DNA from: Tubulanus polymorphus | Lineage: Eukaryota > Animalia > Nemertea | NCBI RefSeq assembly: GCF_964204645.1 | Contig: NC_134033.1 | Span: forward strand, 12,346,655 to 12,410,654 | Reading direction: 5' to 3' | DNA: 64,000 nt | Shown: piece after piece, positions 36,136 through 50,241 of the stretch | Layout: each line of letters begins with the position of its first letter | How positions within the stretch are numbered: position 1 is the first letter of the stretch | Notes under the pieces: generated by a model | Seen by the model: the letters and a program-made list of their open reading frames with translations, nothing else | What the model was told of the DNA's origin: nothing | Databases searched by the model: none | Position numbers and translations under genes: made by a program

Positions 36136-39100
36136 CTTCAGTTGGCCATGTGTGAGTAAGATGAGGATTACTTTATAACAAAACCGTTGGATTTTAAATT
36201 GGTTATGTATACATTTTCAAGATTCCTGGGTAGCTGGTGACGTACTAGCGGGACTCCGGGTGATTTCGTTGCTTCTATGAAAGAAAGGCTGCACTGTTCA
36301 CGTTTTATCTCGACCCCGTACTCGGCACGCGCCCACCTACCCAAAATTCTTACGTTCCTTATGCCGTTGTCTAAGACCGTCAGGAGGTGGAATTGTCTAG
36401 CGTCAAGCAATACAATTCATAAACGTTTGATAGTTACGACTGTGAGAAAAAGTAAAATCCTAGGCCTAATATTTCCCACGGATCGATTTCATGGCTATAC
36501 AATTCTTATTAGTGACATTTTAGTGACTTTTTTTCATTCTTAATATTGTAAAACTAAGTCCGTTGCTCGAATTCATTGATCTGCAGTTTAAACTTAAGTT
36601 AAACCAAACCACGCGTAACCTCCACATTCATCACTCGATTATTAATGTATTAACTATAAATCGTAATTTCATTTATCAATATTCTATTATCTACGATTCT
36701 ATCGGGTACAATTTTCCCGAAGCTTCTGTCGTTGAACGCGAGGGCAACGGGGATAAAACCGTTTGACATCCAGACGTGACTACGTGCGTGTCATTTACCC
36801 AGCTTGTCATCGAGAGCTATTGTGCGCTAGTGGATTCTTGACAATTTAACGGTCTATATTGTCAGAATGCTCTGCTTTGCGATCCGTAAAACTATCGTCC
36901 ACTGCCGAATAGAGCTAATTTTTCTACGCCTTTTGAGCCGATAAATGAAAGGTGTTTGACCCGGTCTCGATGTTGTGTACCGGTACATAGCAGTTTCAAT
37001 CCAGTGCAGCGGGTTTTACATAGCGGGTGTTAGCTTGTATCCCTGCGATATGCCACCTATTCTGAAACAGGCGCAAAACACTGAGCCAAACGTCTCAGTT
37101 GACGGCCATTTAACGGCCAATATTACGTATGTGACGTCCGTTCATTACACCAACTTTAGACGCTAACACGGTTTTCAAAAGAGAAATTCCTAAATAAGAA
37201 CATGGTTCCATTTATGTGAATGCTCGATAGTTTGACAATACATTCACAGACAACGATGTTTTTTAAAACCTTTTTTCTAAAGAGGAAGACATTAGTTATC
37301 TCATACTCTGTCCTTATCAACTGATTTATTTGAAAAGTTATTCATATCCTCTCGATAGAAGGTAAGCTTCCACTCACCCGCACACTATGCGGTCTTATTT
37401 CAGTGTGTGTATGAATTTTTTAAGTGGTTGCAAAAATGTCACTACAAACAGTCGCGGATAACTCGATACTGAATCAATAAATAGCGGATACCAGTGTGAG
37501 CACCGTTAATGAGTCGTTTGAAGCCCTTGTTTAGTAATTCTTTTTATCAGACCACCCACATCTCGGGGGTCAAGTTAGAGCGGGTTCGAGTCCCGATTTT
37601 AAATACGGTTTTTTACCCTGAGGAAAAGTTATTTTCCTTTAAGGTTTAAGCGAAAGCAGGCTCGAGTCCCGATTTGAAATGATTTATTACGATTGAGACG
37701 AAACGATTTGATGTCAGATGTGATTGAAACTGGAAATGGAATTTTTGTTTATGGCCCGTGACTTCTTCAACCTGTAGCAATTCACACGCATTGATTTGTC
37801 ACGTGCTTAGATTTGGCTCTGGCCTGGTCCGACGTTTTTCGGTCCAGCCAAATTTGGCCCGGGCCAAAAATGCTCATATTGTGACCGCGGCCATTTTGAC
37901 GATGTCTCTATAGGGATTTCACAGGCAGCTACGAATTCTGTGTACAAAAGCCCTCTTCATCTGTGTTATATTTTTCACACAATGTTGAGAACGTTTCACG
38001 GGAAATATTGACCTTTTTCTCCGTCGCTTTTAACGCGAATTCGAATGTTTACCCGCGGAAACGTCATTATATCCCCGACTTCCGTATAAACAAACCCGTC
38101 ATTGCCGGTCGACGGTGAAACCGGGTCAAAACTCTTCATTAAATGGAAATACGCAGCGAGAAAGATAACGACAATAAAAGCAATTGTAGCAGCGGCAGCA
38201 GCGTGTCACAATATTGTGCAAAAAATCAATGTTTCTCGAATGCTGCAAACTTGCTGAATATTCATTCAGGAAAAAAAATTATCCACCATCAAAATCGCCT
38301 TTCCACGGATTTCCGTTGTACGCAGCAACATTGTATCCGTTCAGCCTTTTCAAATCATGATTATAGAATTCAAACATTTCTCCAAGGAGAAAATGTATCC
38401 GTTTTTTGAACGCCCGTATTGCGGGATAATCCAGTTTAGAATGTTCAATGCTCGAGACGTTATTACTTAGCAGACAAAATATGAAACATAAAAACGTTAA
38501 GGTTTTCGTTTTTGAAAAGCGTACGTTCATTCGGCAGGCATCAAATCAAACTCAAATTCCACGGAAGTCTGCCACTGATGCAGGAATCGTTGGTTTGACT
38601 TGGCAAGCAGATCTTTAAAGGAAAATAACATTTGATATTATCTATGGCAATATTTCGGACTTGAGGTGCGTGAGAACGAATCTCGGTAAACTTAAACCGA
38701 GTACCACTGGCTAGTTCTGTTGGCTCGATTCCGGGTGAGTGCGCACACATTTCGTCACTAATTTCATCGTTTCACGTGAATCCACTCAACAAGTCACCCG
38801 ACCCTAAACTCAGCCCTCAAGCCGACTTATCTATGGCGCAAAATGAGGGGATTCAACACGTAAAACATCGATAAACCTGCACTGAAGTTAACACGCACTC
38901 AAAGTACGACACAATTAGCCACATTTGTGTAATATAACCGATGAAATCTGTGCGCCGGACGTGACGCGTATCTGGCTTCATTGTCAACAGATACGGGTAA
39001 TATCAGAACTGATTTGTCGATGTTGAAAAGGCTTTCGACTGCTGTCAATGAATGCATTGTGAAATCGTTGGTGTCATCATCTGTGACTGCGCGCTATCTG

Positions 39101-39417
39101 GAAGACACCAGATGTTTACTCACTATATAGTACTACGATATCGATTATTATTATCTGTAGCCGCTAATACAAGACACGTGGTTTTAACCTTTTGACGCCC
39201 GGGGACATTTTGACAGACACCGCGAGTAACAGATTGAAAGCTCTTGAAACGTGACTATGAATTCGTGGTTAACTTCGTTGATTCTTCGCAATTCAAAAAA
39301 TTAGATCAGCCACAACGTTCTGAAATCAATATCTCGGCTATTAACATTCATATTACACTGCATCTTAGCGATAGTGCATAGTGTTATCAGTGTATATAAG
39401 TGTAGATTAAGCCAACA

Positions 39418-39596
39418 TGGCCCCCTGGTATGACCATGGATCTAGATAGTGCCCCCTAGTGGACTAGGTGTATGAAGTGCCCCCTAGTGACGTGAGCGCG
39501 GATCTAACCAAGGCCCCTAAGTTACTTGCGTGATCGTAGATCAAAATGACGCGCCCCCTAGTGGTATGAGCTTACTGACGTCGTCTCTCTAGTAGT
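39418..39596. promoter_or_regulatory. Homotypic cluster of CTCF-consensus motifs in a degenerate tandem repeat
   Basis: GTGCCCCCTAGTGG (39449-39462), GTGCCCCCTAGTGA (39477-39490), GCGCCCCCTAGTGG (39551-39564) plus three weaker copies, all in the same orientation. Confidence 0.55.
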
Positions 39597-41314
39597 ATAT
39601 CTATCGATGGAGTCAAATCCGTCAATTTGTACGACCTGTCACGATAACGCTCAATGATAGTATTTCATTTCCACAGCCTGTAATCTACAGTGTACAGCGT
39701 GTACGTGCCACGACATACCTGCAGGTAGTTAACTACTCAGCTAACTGTAGTTATTATACAAATTTATCTTCATCACCCGTTCGATAGCAATCTCCTCTTT
39801 CACGTGTTTCCCCCCTCTCTCTCTCTCTCTCTCTGATGCGACCTCCTCCGATCTCTCGTCGCTAAATGGTGATTCGAGAAATGGCCTTTGTAGTCATTAT
39901 GGGAAGGGGTCGTTTTCTCGTCAGAAATCTCACTCTTCCTAGCGTAGAAACTCGTAGTTCGTGACACCAAAATCAGGGTTACTGCGTCCCATCCTCGAGA
40001 GAACGGTATTTACCGGACCTGATTTGGAAAGTCATGGCATCCGCTTAATTACGTGGACACACCGAGACAGTCACGTGCCCCTGTTGCAATATTCCCGTGC
40101 CCTTGAAAAACAACCGCAATTTTGGTGGCAATTTTTCCACCCGAAGTTCGCTACCAACACTTTGGCCTACGTTTCTCTACAATCCTAATTGAGAACTAGC
40201 ATCAAAATGCACTGACATTTTGACATTTTTAAGACCCCATTTTGGTTTCGTTCACGCAACACTCGCTGTATACCCTTTTCGTGCTCCTTTCAAGTCCCCC
40301 CTCCCGATGGTGTCAAATCTGTAACGACTGATCTTCGTAAGTTGATGGATTGGCTGCAGAACCTAAATAGCAGCTAGATAACGCATAGGTTTTTACGACG
40401 TCAAAAAAATTGTCGTAAAGCTTTGATAAGCATCGACTTTGCAACTGTAAGATATACATATAACAATAACAGGCAAATCACTTGGTCGTAAGTAATGGAT
40501 GTGAATTGAAAGTGAAATGAAAACCGCGGCTGCCTCCAATAAACCATCATTTAAAACACGCCTGATTTATTATTGTACGGGCACATCTCGTAAACGATGT
40601 CGGGAGACCGCGCGCGAGTCGTCTGACCGGGTCCAATAACAGTCTGAACCTAATCAGGCGGCGGTATCCGTCTGGACCATCGGGCGAGCGCGTTCCATTG
40701 AAGATTTATGTGGCGCGCGCGCGCGTATAATAGACAAAATCTGTGTTGTCGTAACCGTTGGTAACAGCGCGATGTATTGTGTCCATCCTGTGAACGAGAC
40801 GTCGCGAATTTCCGGTTTCTTCCGGTCATAAGTTTTAGTTTTATCTCGGAGCTGCGCGAGACGCTGTAAACTGTGTCGTCGTTATTTAATTAGTATGGAT
40901 GTTCGCCTCCTGCGCTGAGTAATACACGCGCGAGGTTGTGTATGAAACCGTTACCTGTATAAGATACGGCGATGAGGTGTAAAACAATCACGAATATTGC
41001 TATAGAATAATCTATATAGGAACTCGTGTTGAACTGGACTCAGAATCCCACAATTTTTGGAACTGGTATTACACATGAACAACCACCTGGAAATCATGAT
41101 GTCTTGATAGCCACTTTTCAAAGAAACAGCTTTAGAGTCGAAGTGTGACGTAACCACGACATCAAGCTCTATAACCACTCACCAAATGGATTCGTTCTAT
41201 TTTAGTTTTACTGTAGTTAGCTACGCTTGCTTTCTACGTACGAGACCCGGGTTCGATCCCCTGTGAGTGCGCGCTAAGTCACTAACACTTCATTAATCGT
41301 TAGGCTGTATTTAG

Positions 41315-41640
41315 AGTCAAATCATTTCACAATCAAACCCATGATTGTGGAACTGAGTTTGGAGTCACGACTGTGAAATAGATTTCAGAATCCATAAACA
41401 CAAATGCAACTTTGGTTCAGTGTCAAATCGAACCCAGAGCCCAGAAAGCTGAGCCCAGAGTCCAAAAATGACCATGCACAACTTTGGAACTGGGTTCAGA
41501 GCCAAATCAAAGTCGTGTTTACCTTGGTAATGAGCCGACATTGCTCTAGCACCAACTGTGTGGAACTGAAACCAGAGTGAACTTAAAACCACATGTTCAG
41601 AGTCGATATAAACTCATAACAGGAACTCGGTCCACACTGA
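41315..41640. repeat. Degraded array related to the 39-bp minisatellite unit (similar decay at ~27290-27480)
   Basis: Recurring ctgtggaactgg.ttcagagtcaaat...aaccc motifs. Confidence 0.55.
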
Positions 41641-42320
41641 AATCAAAAACATTACTTTGCAATGATCGATGATCAATGATCAATGATTCCTTGACCACTA
41701 ATCGGTCAAACAGTAATAAACGTCTTGAAAAGCAACACTTGACCGACGGAAGTGACGAATACCGTTAACAGTCTAAAGTGCAATTCGCAATTAAATCTTT
41801 CAGCTTGATTGCTTAGCAATTCATCTCTCTTTCACGTGAAGGAACGAACGATGACGCGCGACAAATAGTACACTTCTTTTCCACGATGATTTTCTAAGGT
41901 CGTGATTCGCAGTTGATATAAAAGCTATTCGATGTATTTAAACAGAAAGGTCTTCAGATTGAGCCGTCTGAGCTGGTTCATCTACTAAACCCACAGACGT
42001 CAAAGCCGAGTGGCTATCAAGTGTCAAATATCGTCGCCTTTTCTATCGACGGGCGCCAACAGCCACTTCAACGCGTAATTGCCTGTGAGCAACCTGAATA
42101 TTGAAATACCCCCGGATTCATGATTGATTCGATTTGGACGGTGCAAATCAGCGAATAATGTTTGTTTATTCGGTTTCCTTTTTTATTCGAAATAAATCTC
42201 CGAGACATTGGCTGTGACAGGGGAAGAAACCAGACGAATTAAACATTAGGACAACGACCGCATTCGCCGAGAATTATTGAGCGATTTTTAAGAGTGAACA
42301 GTTCGGTTAGAATCTCGATA

Positions 42321-42493
42321 AAGACATCTCTACAAGGCACGGGAATAAATAAATGGAATAAATACTGGCTAGATGATATCGAGAAGTGGACTGGGTTTGA
42401 TGCAAAGACCTTTCACCTGGCACAGAGCTGAAACGAGTGGGCCCGTGTTAAAGCAGTTGATATAGTGTCATGGCTTATCTGAATCTGAATCTA
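42321..42493 (+). mobile_element. 3' remnant of an RTE-clade non-LTR retrotransposon
   Basis: Translates KTSLQGT ... YWLDDIEKWTGFDAKTFHLAQS*NEW, matching the RTE ORF C-terminal pattern (KTILQGT...W.D.I..WTG...LAQDR..W); ends in short tandem tail (TCTGAA)n. Confidence 0.7.
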
Positions 42494-43536
42494 TAGGAAA
42501 AGACATCGAACATAATAAATATCTGTGAGGACAAAGTTCATTTGATCATTTTTGTCCTTGAAAACTACTCTGTCAGACTGCAAACTTTTCATCTTTTGCT
42601 GAAATTATTTCTGACGTTCACATTTTACTCGGAAAACTCGGATGCGGTTTGAACGGTCGACTCTGACTATAGTATAGAAACAAATGCAATACCGAGCAAA
42701 CCGTATCGCAATAATATTCATTCAACGATAGGAAAACTTTCCAGTAGTAAGAGAAAGACGTGTAAATGCGTTATCCGTTCATAAATAACAATAACACGTT
42801 AAGACACACGTTAAGACTCACGCAGTTTTTAGCACGAATCGTTTCGAACAGATTTCATTCGTTGTAAGTAATTAGCACTTACACTCACTCGGTAGTTATA
42901 CCGTCGAATAGTAAACTAGATAATACCGTTAGTTTGTAATCGGTTATAACGCGAACAAATTGTTACCTAATGTCTGAGATGTATAGCTCTGCTCGCATCG
43001 CTTACTGTTTGACTCATAGATCACAGTATATAGAATACTTTAGAAGTATACATGAAGTTGTATGGCTTGAGATGGGTGGCGGATCGACTACAAAGGGAGG
43101 AAGGGAGATACGTTTAAAGAGGGGGGGGGGGGTTATGTGGGTATGGAAAGCGAGAAGTAAAAAGGGAGGCACAGAGAGGTGGTGACAGAGTTTCTTGGCC
43201 GAAGGTCCTTCTCTGGTCTCTCCCCCATTGGGAAAAAACCAACATGGAACCCGCTTATAATGTCCTGCGTGGCCCTTAGCGGTTTGGAGGTGTTAAATAA
43301 TGAAAAAATAAAAAGATATGGAGACAGAGTAGTAAGGGGAGAGAGAGAGATGGAGAGGATAGGTGGGTTGAGGGTGCGAGGGAAGGGAAATGAGGAAACG
43401 TCTGGCCCCGATACTGATGACGAAGTGCACATCAAAATGTCCTTATCAAAATTAGTCAACTATGAGATAAGTGTTATGAAATATATTCAATTTACAAAAT
43501 AAACGCCAAGAATTCACAAGAATGTTATTTTTGTTA

Positions 43537-43660
43537 CGCCAATATTGATGACGTACTGCACATCGAGTCACGCAGAAACCCTTATATAACGCATACTATA
43601 AACATTAACGGTTTTTGCGGCGTCAAAAAAATCACTGTTGTTCCCACGACGTATTGAGAA
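43537..43660. repeat. Dispersed repeat family D copy
   Basis: Homologous to 18495-18645. Confidence 0.65.
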
Positions 43661-46600
43661 GTCAAATATAATACGTTTACATATAGACTATACGAACTGA
43701 GTGTCGTTAGTTTGTTTGTAGACATGTATTTCTCGGATTGTGTCTGTTGGATTTTATCATCTGAACGCCGCCGGTAATGAATCCCCGCGGAGGAATAAAA
43801 TACTTTGCCAAACGACGGCATTTTGTGCGAAAACGGCTTCCTAACGAGATCGTCATACGCCTAACGACCGATCACCCGAGTCGTTTTAAGCGTATTATCT
43901 GAGCGAGCAGCCGACCGACTCCACGCGACCTTCAAATATGTATATATGTACAGAAAAACGCTGCTCCTTCTCAATAATTCAACGCCGTAGAATGGGAAAA
44001 CTCCAACGCTACTGTGGCAATCGAGGATTCAACTTATGGCAAGCGAGGATCCGCTAGGTTCGCTAGTAGTTACTCGGGTCTTCCGCGTTCAATTTCTTCT
44101 ATATTTCGATAAAGATCGAATGAACTTTGCCCTCGAATATATAAATCAATTATCAACGAAAATTACACTAATATCTGGTAGAAAATGGGTTCAATGTATA
44201 TTTGGTGACGGGTTCTTGTCTAATTCAGTTAAAAGTTGATTGATAATGATTTTACGTGCCAGACGAATGTGCACTGACTATACCCCGCACTCGCCAGCTG
44301 TTTTTCGAACAAATCAGCTCTGGCGAAGGTTCCCTTTGACACCATATACCTCCCTCCCTATGCGATACAGGTAAAGGTGTCTATTTGTAGGTAAATTTGT
44401 AGGTAAATGTATAATCGTGGATATCTTTGAGGCTATACATAGTACCCAATTATTATATAGATAGTATAGATGAAGAAGTTGTTGAGTGAACGTCCAAACA
44501 TTTTCTGATCTTCAGAAATTCATTCACGTATTGTCATATAAAGTGCATCTATTATTCAGGACCTGGTGTTTTCCTCATCATTGCCCGGATGAATTGTATT
44601 GATATACGGGTCGTTTGGAAATGATGGCCGCATCCTGATCGAATGACGTGGACGTCATTTCACACCGCGCGCTACGTGACTTTAACAATCGTCTGCGGTC
44701 TTCAGTCGCTTAATTAGTTTTGACTAATTAACGGGGTCGGCATTTCACCATCGGTAATAAAAGTATGGATGGATGATACATCGTGTACTTAGATCTATGT
44801 CAATGACGACAATGCGCGATCATAGGGTCCGAAACTATTTTAGAGAAGCGCGAAGTGGTTCACCTACTGGTCTCTCAGCAATCCAGGGTTTTGATCCTTG
44901 TGATAGCAGTCAGTCAGTCTGTCTTGTGCTGGGCAGGTGTGTTTCTCTGGCCTCTTCCTTATTTGGGAAATAAAAAAACACGGAATCCGCTAACAATCCC
45001 CTTAAGGTTATATGAAAAATGAATAAACCATTTTTTAAACATTTCGATGATAAACTTTTAGTTAAGGCAGCGCACAAGTTAAAACTTGTCTGGAAGCATA
45101 TTTGCCACCGATATTCTACGGAACTGCGCGAAATCGACAAATTCTGATGAAATAAATGAATTCGAATCGACCAGATTCTCAGGTGATTTCAGCCCGCGCG
45201 ATGACCCGTCATCGGAATGACCCAGCGAACTAACGGTACTGCGAGAGAACATTATCAAATATTTGTCAGCCGACGACTCACCCGTCGCGCCTCGACCGAG
45301 AACAAAAGCAGATGGCGGTATTATTTTCAATCGCACGTGAAGATTCGTCATTTTTCAGCTCGCGCGCGCGGATCAAGCGCGTAATCAAAATACGAGAAAC
45401 GCTAATTCTTGCGTAAATAACGAACGAAAAGCCGTCGATTTCCGGTGTTTATCTAAGGCAGACGAGAGGCGATTCGGTTGGACGACCGCGAGCGCACGGG
45501 TGCGCGCGCGCGTAAGCCTCAGCTGACTCACGGCGCTTTCAGTTAAAACCTACTCTCCTCCAAGAAACAATAGAACTTCGATCGACTCAATCCGGATACA
45601 CGATACTAGTCAAACAAGCGTCACCTTCGTGCGGTAACAATGACGAATTATTTTCGTCAATATTAGCGCGAATCTAAATTTGATCCGGGTAGATTTTCAG
45701 ACGCCCGATCTCGGCACGGTCGACGAGTTTGTTTTACGTTTGCTGTGCAAACTTTTTCGAGTAGTTTTTCTACCCGTCTCTCGAATATTGGTCACCCCGT
45801 CGAAACAAAGAGGTTTTTCCGAACGCGCGGTGAATTTTGTCTTTGTTCTCAACCACCGTTAAAAGATAACCCGATCAGGGATTCGAACCCAATCCGATGA
45901 CGTGAGACAGAACTGTGAATTTGCATATTCAACGGCACGGAACTGCTTTTCACTCACCGCCATGAGTAGGTGACGTCACTAACGGTGACGTCATCTCTGC
46001 GCGTTCATGGTTTTAGCACTAGCAAATCTTTGAGTGCAAAAACTAACTAATGAGTGGGTTTACGTGTTTCTTTATTGTCATGAACCGTTTGGAGAGAGTC
46101 CATGGACTGCAGTTGTGCTCAAAAGTTTGTTAGAGTTAACCACTGGATAGTTAACAGAGTGACACTTGAAATTGTATTGTAACCATAGAACAGTTACTTG
46201 TCCACCAGTGACATCTAACCAACTGTAATGGACATATTTCTTCATTGAAGTGAATATGAATAGAAGATATAGACCCTGATTTAGACTTATAAGTCAGTTT
46301 CTATGATATGATTGTACATAATACCGAGAATACATATAAACAGAGTGTTTCTGCAGAATAAATAGTTACAAAATTGGATTTAAAAGTGGAATTTCTTTTT
46401 GATATTCCCGTACAATGTAGCACTATGACATCGCCGGTAGAATTACTTATCTTAACTGTACAGATATAACATAAAGACCCATTACAAACCGATTAAACTT
46501 TAAAACTCGAGAATTTATTCAAAAAAATCAAAATGACACGATGTCTCGATATCACACTTGAGATCATCGTCAGTACGGTAGTTTAGCTGTAGTTTGGATC

Positions 46601-47861
46601 GTCTCCAATACTTTTAAATGTGTATCCGAGGAGGTTGAAATATGATACGATCTTATTTGTACATCGTACGACCACGATATACAAAGATACGAAGTCGTTA
46701 CTTCTGACAATTAATAGCTACACCTATCTGTCGATGTATCTGCGCAGTCTCTTTGAGAATACGATACCTGAATGGTTAATGACACACCCTTTAACGAGAC
46801 ATTTCTACACGTCAAATATAGCGATTACATGCTGAAAGTTGTCGGCACTGTATACGCGGACACGCGGACACATGTAATTATCTCATTTTGGAGTCCACGC
46901 CTCAGATTGAAATATGAATATTAAAAGGTTCGCATCTTGAAAATACGAAGTTGTAATAAGTCGCTCAGTCCCGACTAGACGATAATAAGAAAGGTTTTTT
47001 TTCAATAGTTTGATTTGCTTGATGAACTTGAAATGAGATTGAAAATGGAACGGAATTATTCTAGGGTTGATGGTATGACACTTTTCATTTTTCTTCTAAC
47101 CATCTATTATTGTAATGCCTATTTCGATACCACAGCATTTGTGTCGAGGGAAATGAAGCAATTGAAGAAAGTTTACTCCTTCCTTACTGTATAAGTAATA
47201 ATTCATTATTATTTACTCATGAAAGTGTCAACTAATATGTTGTTGTCTTGAATATGAAAGTAATTCGAGAAATAACTTGTTTTAAATTCGGAAAATTGGG
47301 ATTTGGTAAAACCTTGGGTTAAATAAGAGCTTTTTATCTGGGGTAATTTTACGTAGGTGGTTAAGTGGATTTTCACTGCTAACCAAGTATTGGACCAACT
47401 TCGAATAGATTCACACCAGTCAACGCATAACTGTTGGAAAAATATTGATATCGATACGGTACATTTCTAAATTCGATAACCACATCGCTACCCAGCGAAA
47501 AATGCAGTCGATGCCCGGGTCGCGCGAGGATCGCTGTAAAGGTTTTATAGATTGTGTATTCATTTATTACTATAGAAACGGGTACGTTATATTGTCTTTA
47601 TTTAATTATATCGTCTGTGCTCGTGCAGTTAACGAGAAATATAAAGTGACGTCGACGCTGATGATAGATTGACTCCGCGGCTGGTGATGGTACTCGTTGA
47701 CTATTGTATTATATATCACCGGAGCGCTGTGTATTTGTGTTTTAGCAGCGATTGAGAATATGTCTTGCGCGTAATCGCGTGCGCCGCTGCAGATTCGAAT
47801 GCATTTATTTCAATTCGTCGAAAACGATAAATCTGAAATTCTAGAACCCAGTTGCACGTAT

Positions 47862-47941
47862 GCCCAACGTATGCTAGGAAACACGGAAACATGAGACAGA
47901 AACATGTTTACGAGCGTTTCCCTGTGTCGTGTCGCGCGTTG
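47862..47941. mobile_element. Internally deleted copy of MITE family E (also fragment at ~16784-16832)
   Basis: gcccaacg...ggaaacacggaa.catg...catgttt.cgagcgtttccctgtgtcgtgt shared with 59950-60132. Confidence 0.7.
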
Positions 47942-50015
47942 ATTATTCGAGTTGGACACTTGAACTTGAACTTGAACTTAAATTTTATTGCTCCATATAA
48001 TATACAAGTTACATAGGAAATGACATGCAATAAAATATTAACATCAAAACACAGGAAAAACAGTACAAAAGTGGACATACGTTTATAATGGATAACACGG
48101 GGATAGAAAATATTTGCAATTTCCCTGCTAATTAGTATTTTCGCAATATTCTTTCATTTCTCAGGTATAGCCTTGTGTTCAAGGTTCGAACGTTTGAAAT
48201 TAGGTTTTTGGCTCGAAAATGAAATAAAATTGTTCTCTTCAATAGATAAACGTGTTAGTTAATGTACTCTTTCAATTCAATTTTGAAAACGATTAAGTGC
48301 GTGCCTACTAGAAATCTTTGACGGAACATCTCGAGATAGATTGACGAAGAACTCGCGCAATTCGAATTTTTATATGATAGAATTTATTATACTGAAACCA
48401 GGACGTTTTGGCGTATTCGACTTTAAAAACATCGAGACAAATTGATTAGATATTGAATTTGATTAGATAGCTTTTTTTTAGAAATTGATTAGATAGTTCT
48501 ACAACGATAGATAAAATGAAGCATGGAATCCTAATGAAGTGTTATGCACAACACGCTCCTATACCACACTATCATTGTTCAGCATCTTAGTGTCACGGTT
48601 TAAGTACGTTCTTATCGCCATTCTTCGACGCTATTTCGAGTTGTTATTCGAACAACGAAATCCATTTATCTCCGTCGAAACTCTCAAAGAACTAGAGAAG
48701 TTTAAGCGCTCCTATGTTACGCAATGGCGGCCGATCGTCTGGTCGGGTTACCAGGGAAATGGGCGTTCATTGTTGACGGACGACCACCTGCGGTTATTAT
48801 GAATCAAAATGTTACACTTTCAAGAGTGAATATTAATGCTACTTCGATGTTTGTTTTCGTTGCGTGGGGCGTTGGTTGTTTGATTGGATTACGCAACATA
48901 AAGGTAGGAGGTCCGGCGTAGAAAGTCTCAAATAGTTGTGAATTCACGCGTGGAGTAAGTAGTGGTATGAATGCATTGGATATCAATGGGCGTAGCGAAA
49001 GAGGCCCGAAGTCGAAGACCCCTCCTGGTAACACAACTATATCCCTAATTATGCGACAAGAGAGCTTACACCTAGCGCAATAAATCGCACACTTTTGATC
49101 GAATTACTCCGGGTATTTTCTCCGTGTTGTAGCACTAGGACACGTGGACGCAGGCCATATCCCCAACAGGCAAAATCGAGCCTTTAGCAGAAAATATCAA
49201 AAGCTACGCCGAACCCAAAGCCCAGCGCTGGTTGGGTTTATAGGCCTAGGCCTTTTTACTTCACCGGTGATATGATCTCAATCGAAGAAAATACAACTTT
49301 CGGAAGGATGAGTGTCAAATATACGGATTGACTATCGATGTTCTGATAAAAAGGACAGCCTTAATGGGAAGGTGCGGGGTCCCGAATCACCGAGACCCCC
49401 CATCCCGAGATCTGTAGGCCTACATACGATATATAGACTAGTTCTCCTATGCACGGACTTGAAGGACAACGTCGCAGTTTTCCGCGAAAACAGCACAACA
49501 AACTAGCATTTACATAGTCATTAATCACTGGCCATTAATATTAATGTTTACATCCGTTTCGTGTCTCCAGCCGCCGCCGTGTCCGTCGTTTAGCGCCCGT
49601 CACAGCCAACTGTGGCAAGTGAGCACCCACGCAAATCGATTTCCCGATGAATATTATACGAAAGGACGATGACGCCTAATCGACCTTTATTTTTAACATT
49701 GGCTCAGATTAATTTCGAAACGAACTATATTCACCGAGTCACCATTTAGATATTTTCGGAGCAATCCTCTTTTTACTTCACAAGGAGACGAATCTCAAAG
49801 TCGTAGGGTAAAGTCTGTAGGAATTCGGGAATTGGTTATTTAGTTAGTAGTCACGTTTGACAGGACAAAGCTCACAGGCTAGATAGAGGAGGATTAGGGA
49901 ATGACAGTAGGATTTTCTGCCGTCTGGGCAGAAAATCGTTAAACAGAAAATTGATTGCCAAAATTCCATATGATATATGCTACTTGTAACTCACATGATC
50001 CTAAACAACAAATGA

Positions 50016-50066
50016 TTAAGCTATGGTAAAAAGATGTGTCTTAATTCGAGATTTAAAAGCATCTTT
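50016..50066 (-). mobile_element. 3' remnant of an L2/CR1-type LINE ORF2
   Basis: Minus strand translates KDAFKSRIKTHLFTIA*, the typical FKSxLKTHLF terminus. Confidence 0.6.
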
Positions 50067-50108
50067 ATCGTGTCCTGGGACTACGTTCAAATTGCTTTGT
50101 AATCCCAG

Positions 50109-50241
50109 GGACCGGTTGCATAGTCATGGCTTAGACTTAAGACCAGTCTAAGACCAACTTAGTTCTAAAGCCAATCTAACAACTTGAGACCAGTCTTAAG
50201 ATTTAAGACCACTTTTGGACTTAAGTTTGTGCAACTGGCCC
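50109..50241. mobile_element. MITE family A copy
   Basis: Near-identical to 18336-18473; flanks CAG / CTG. Confidence 0.85.
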
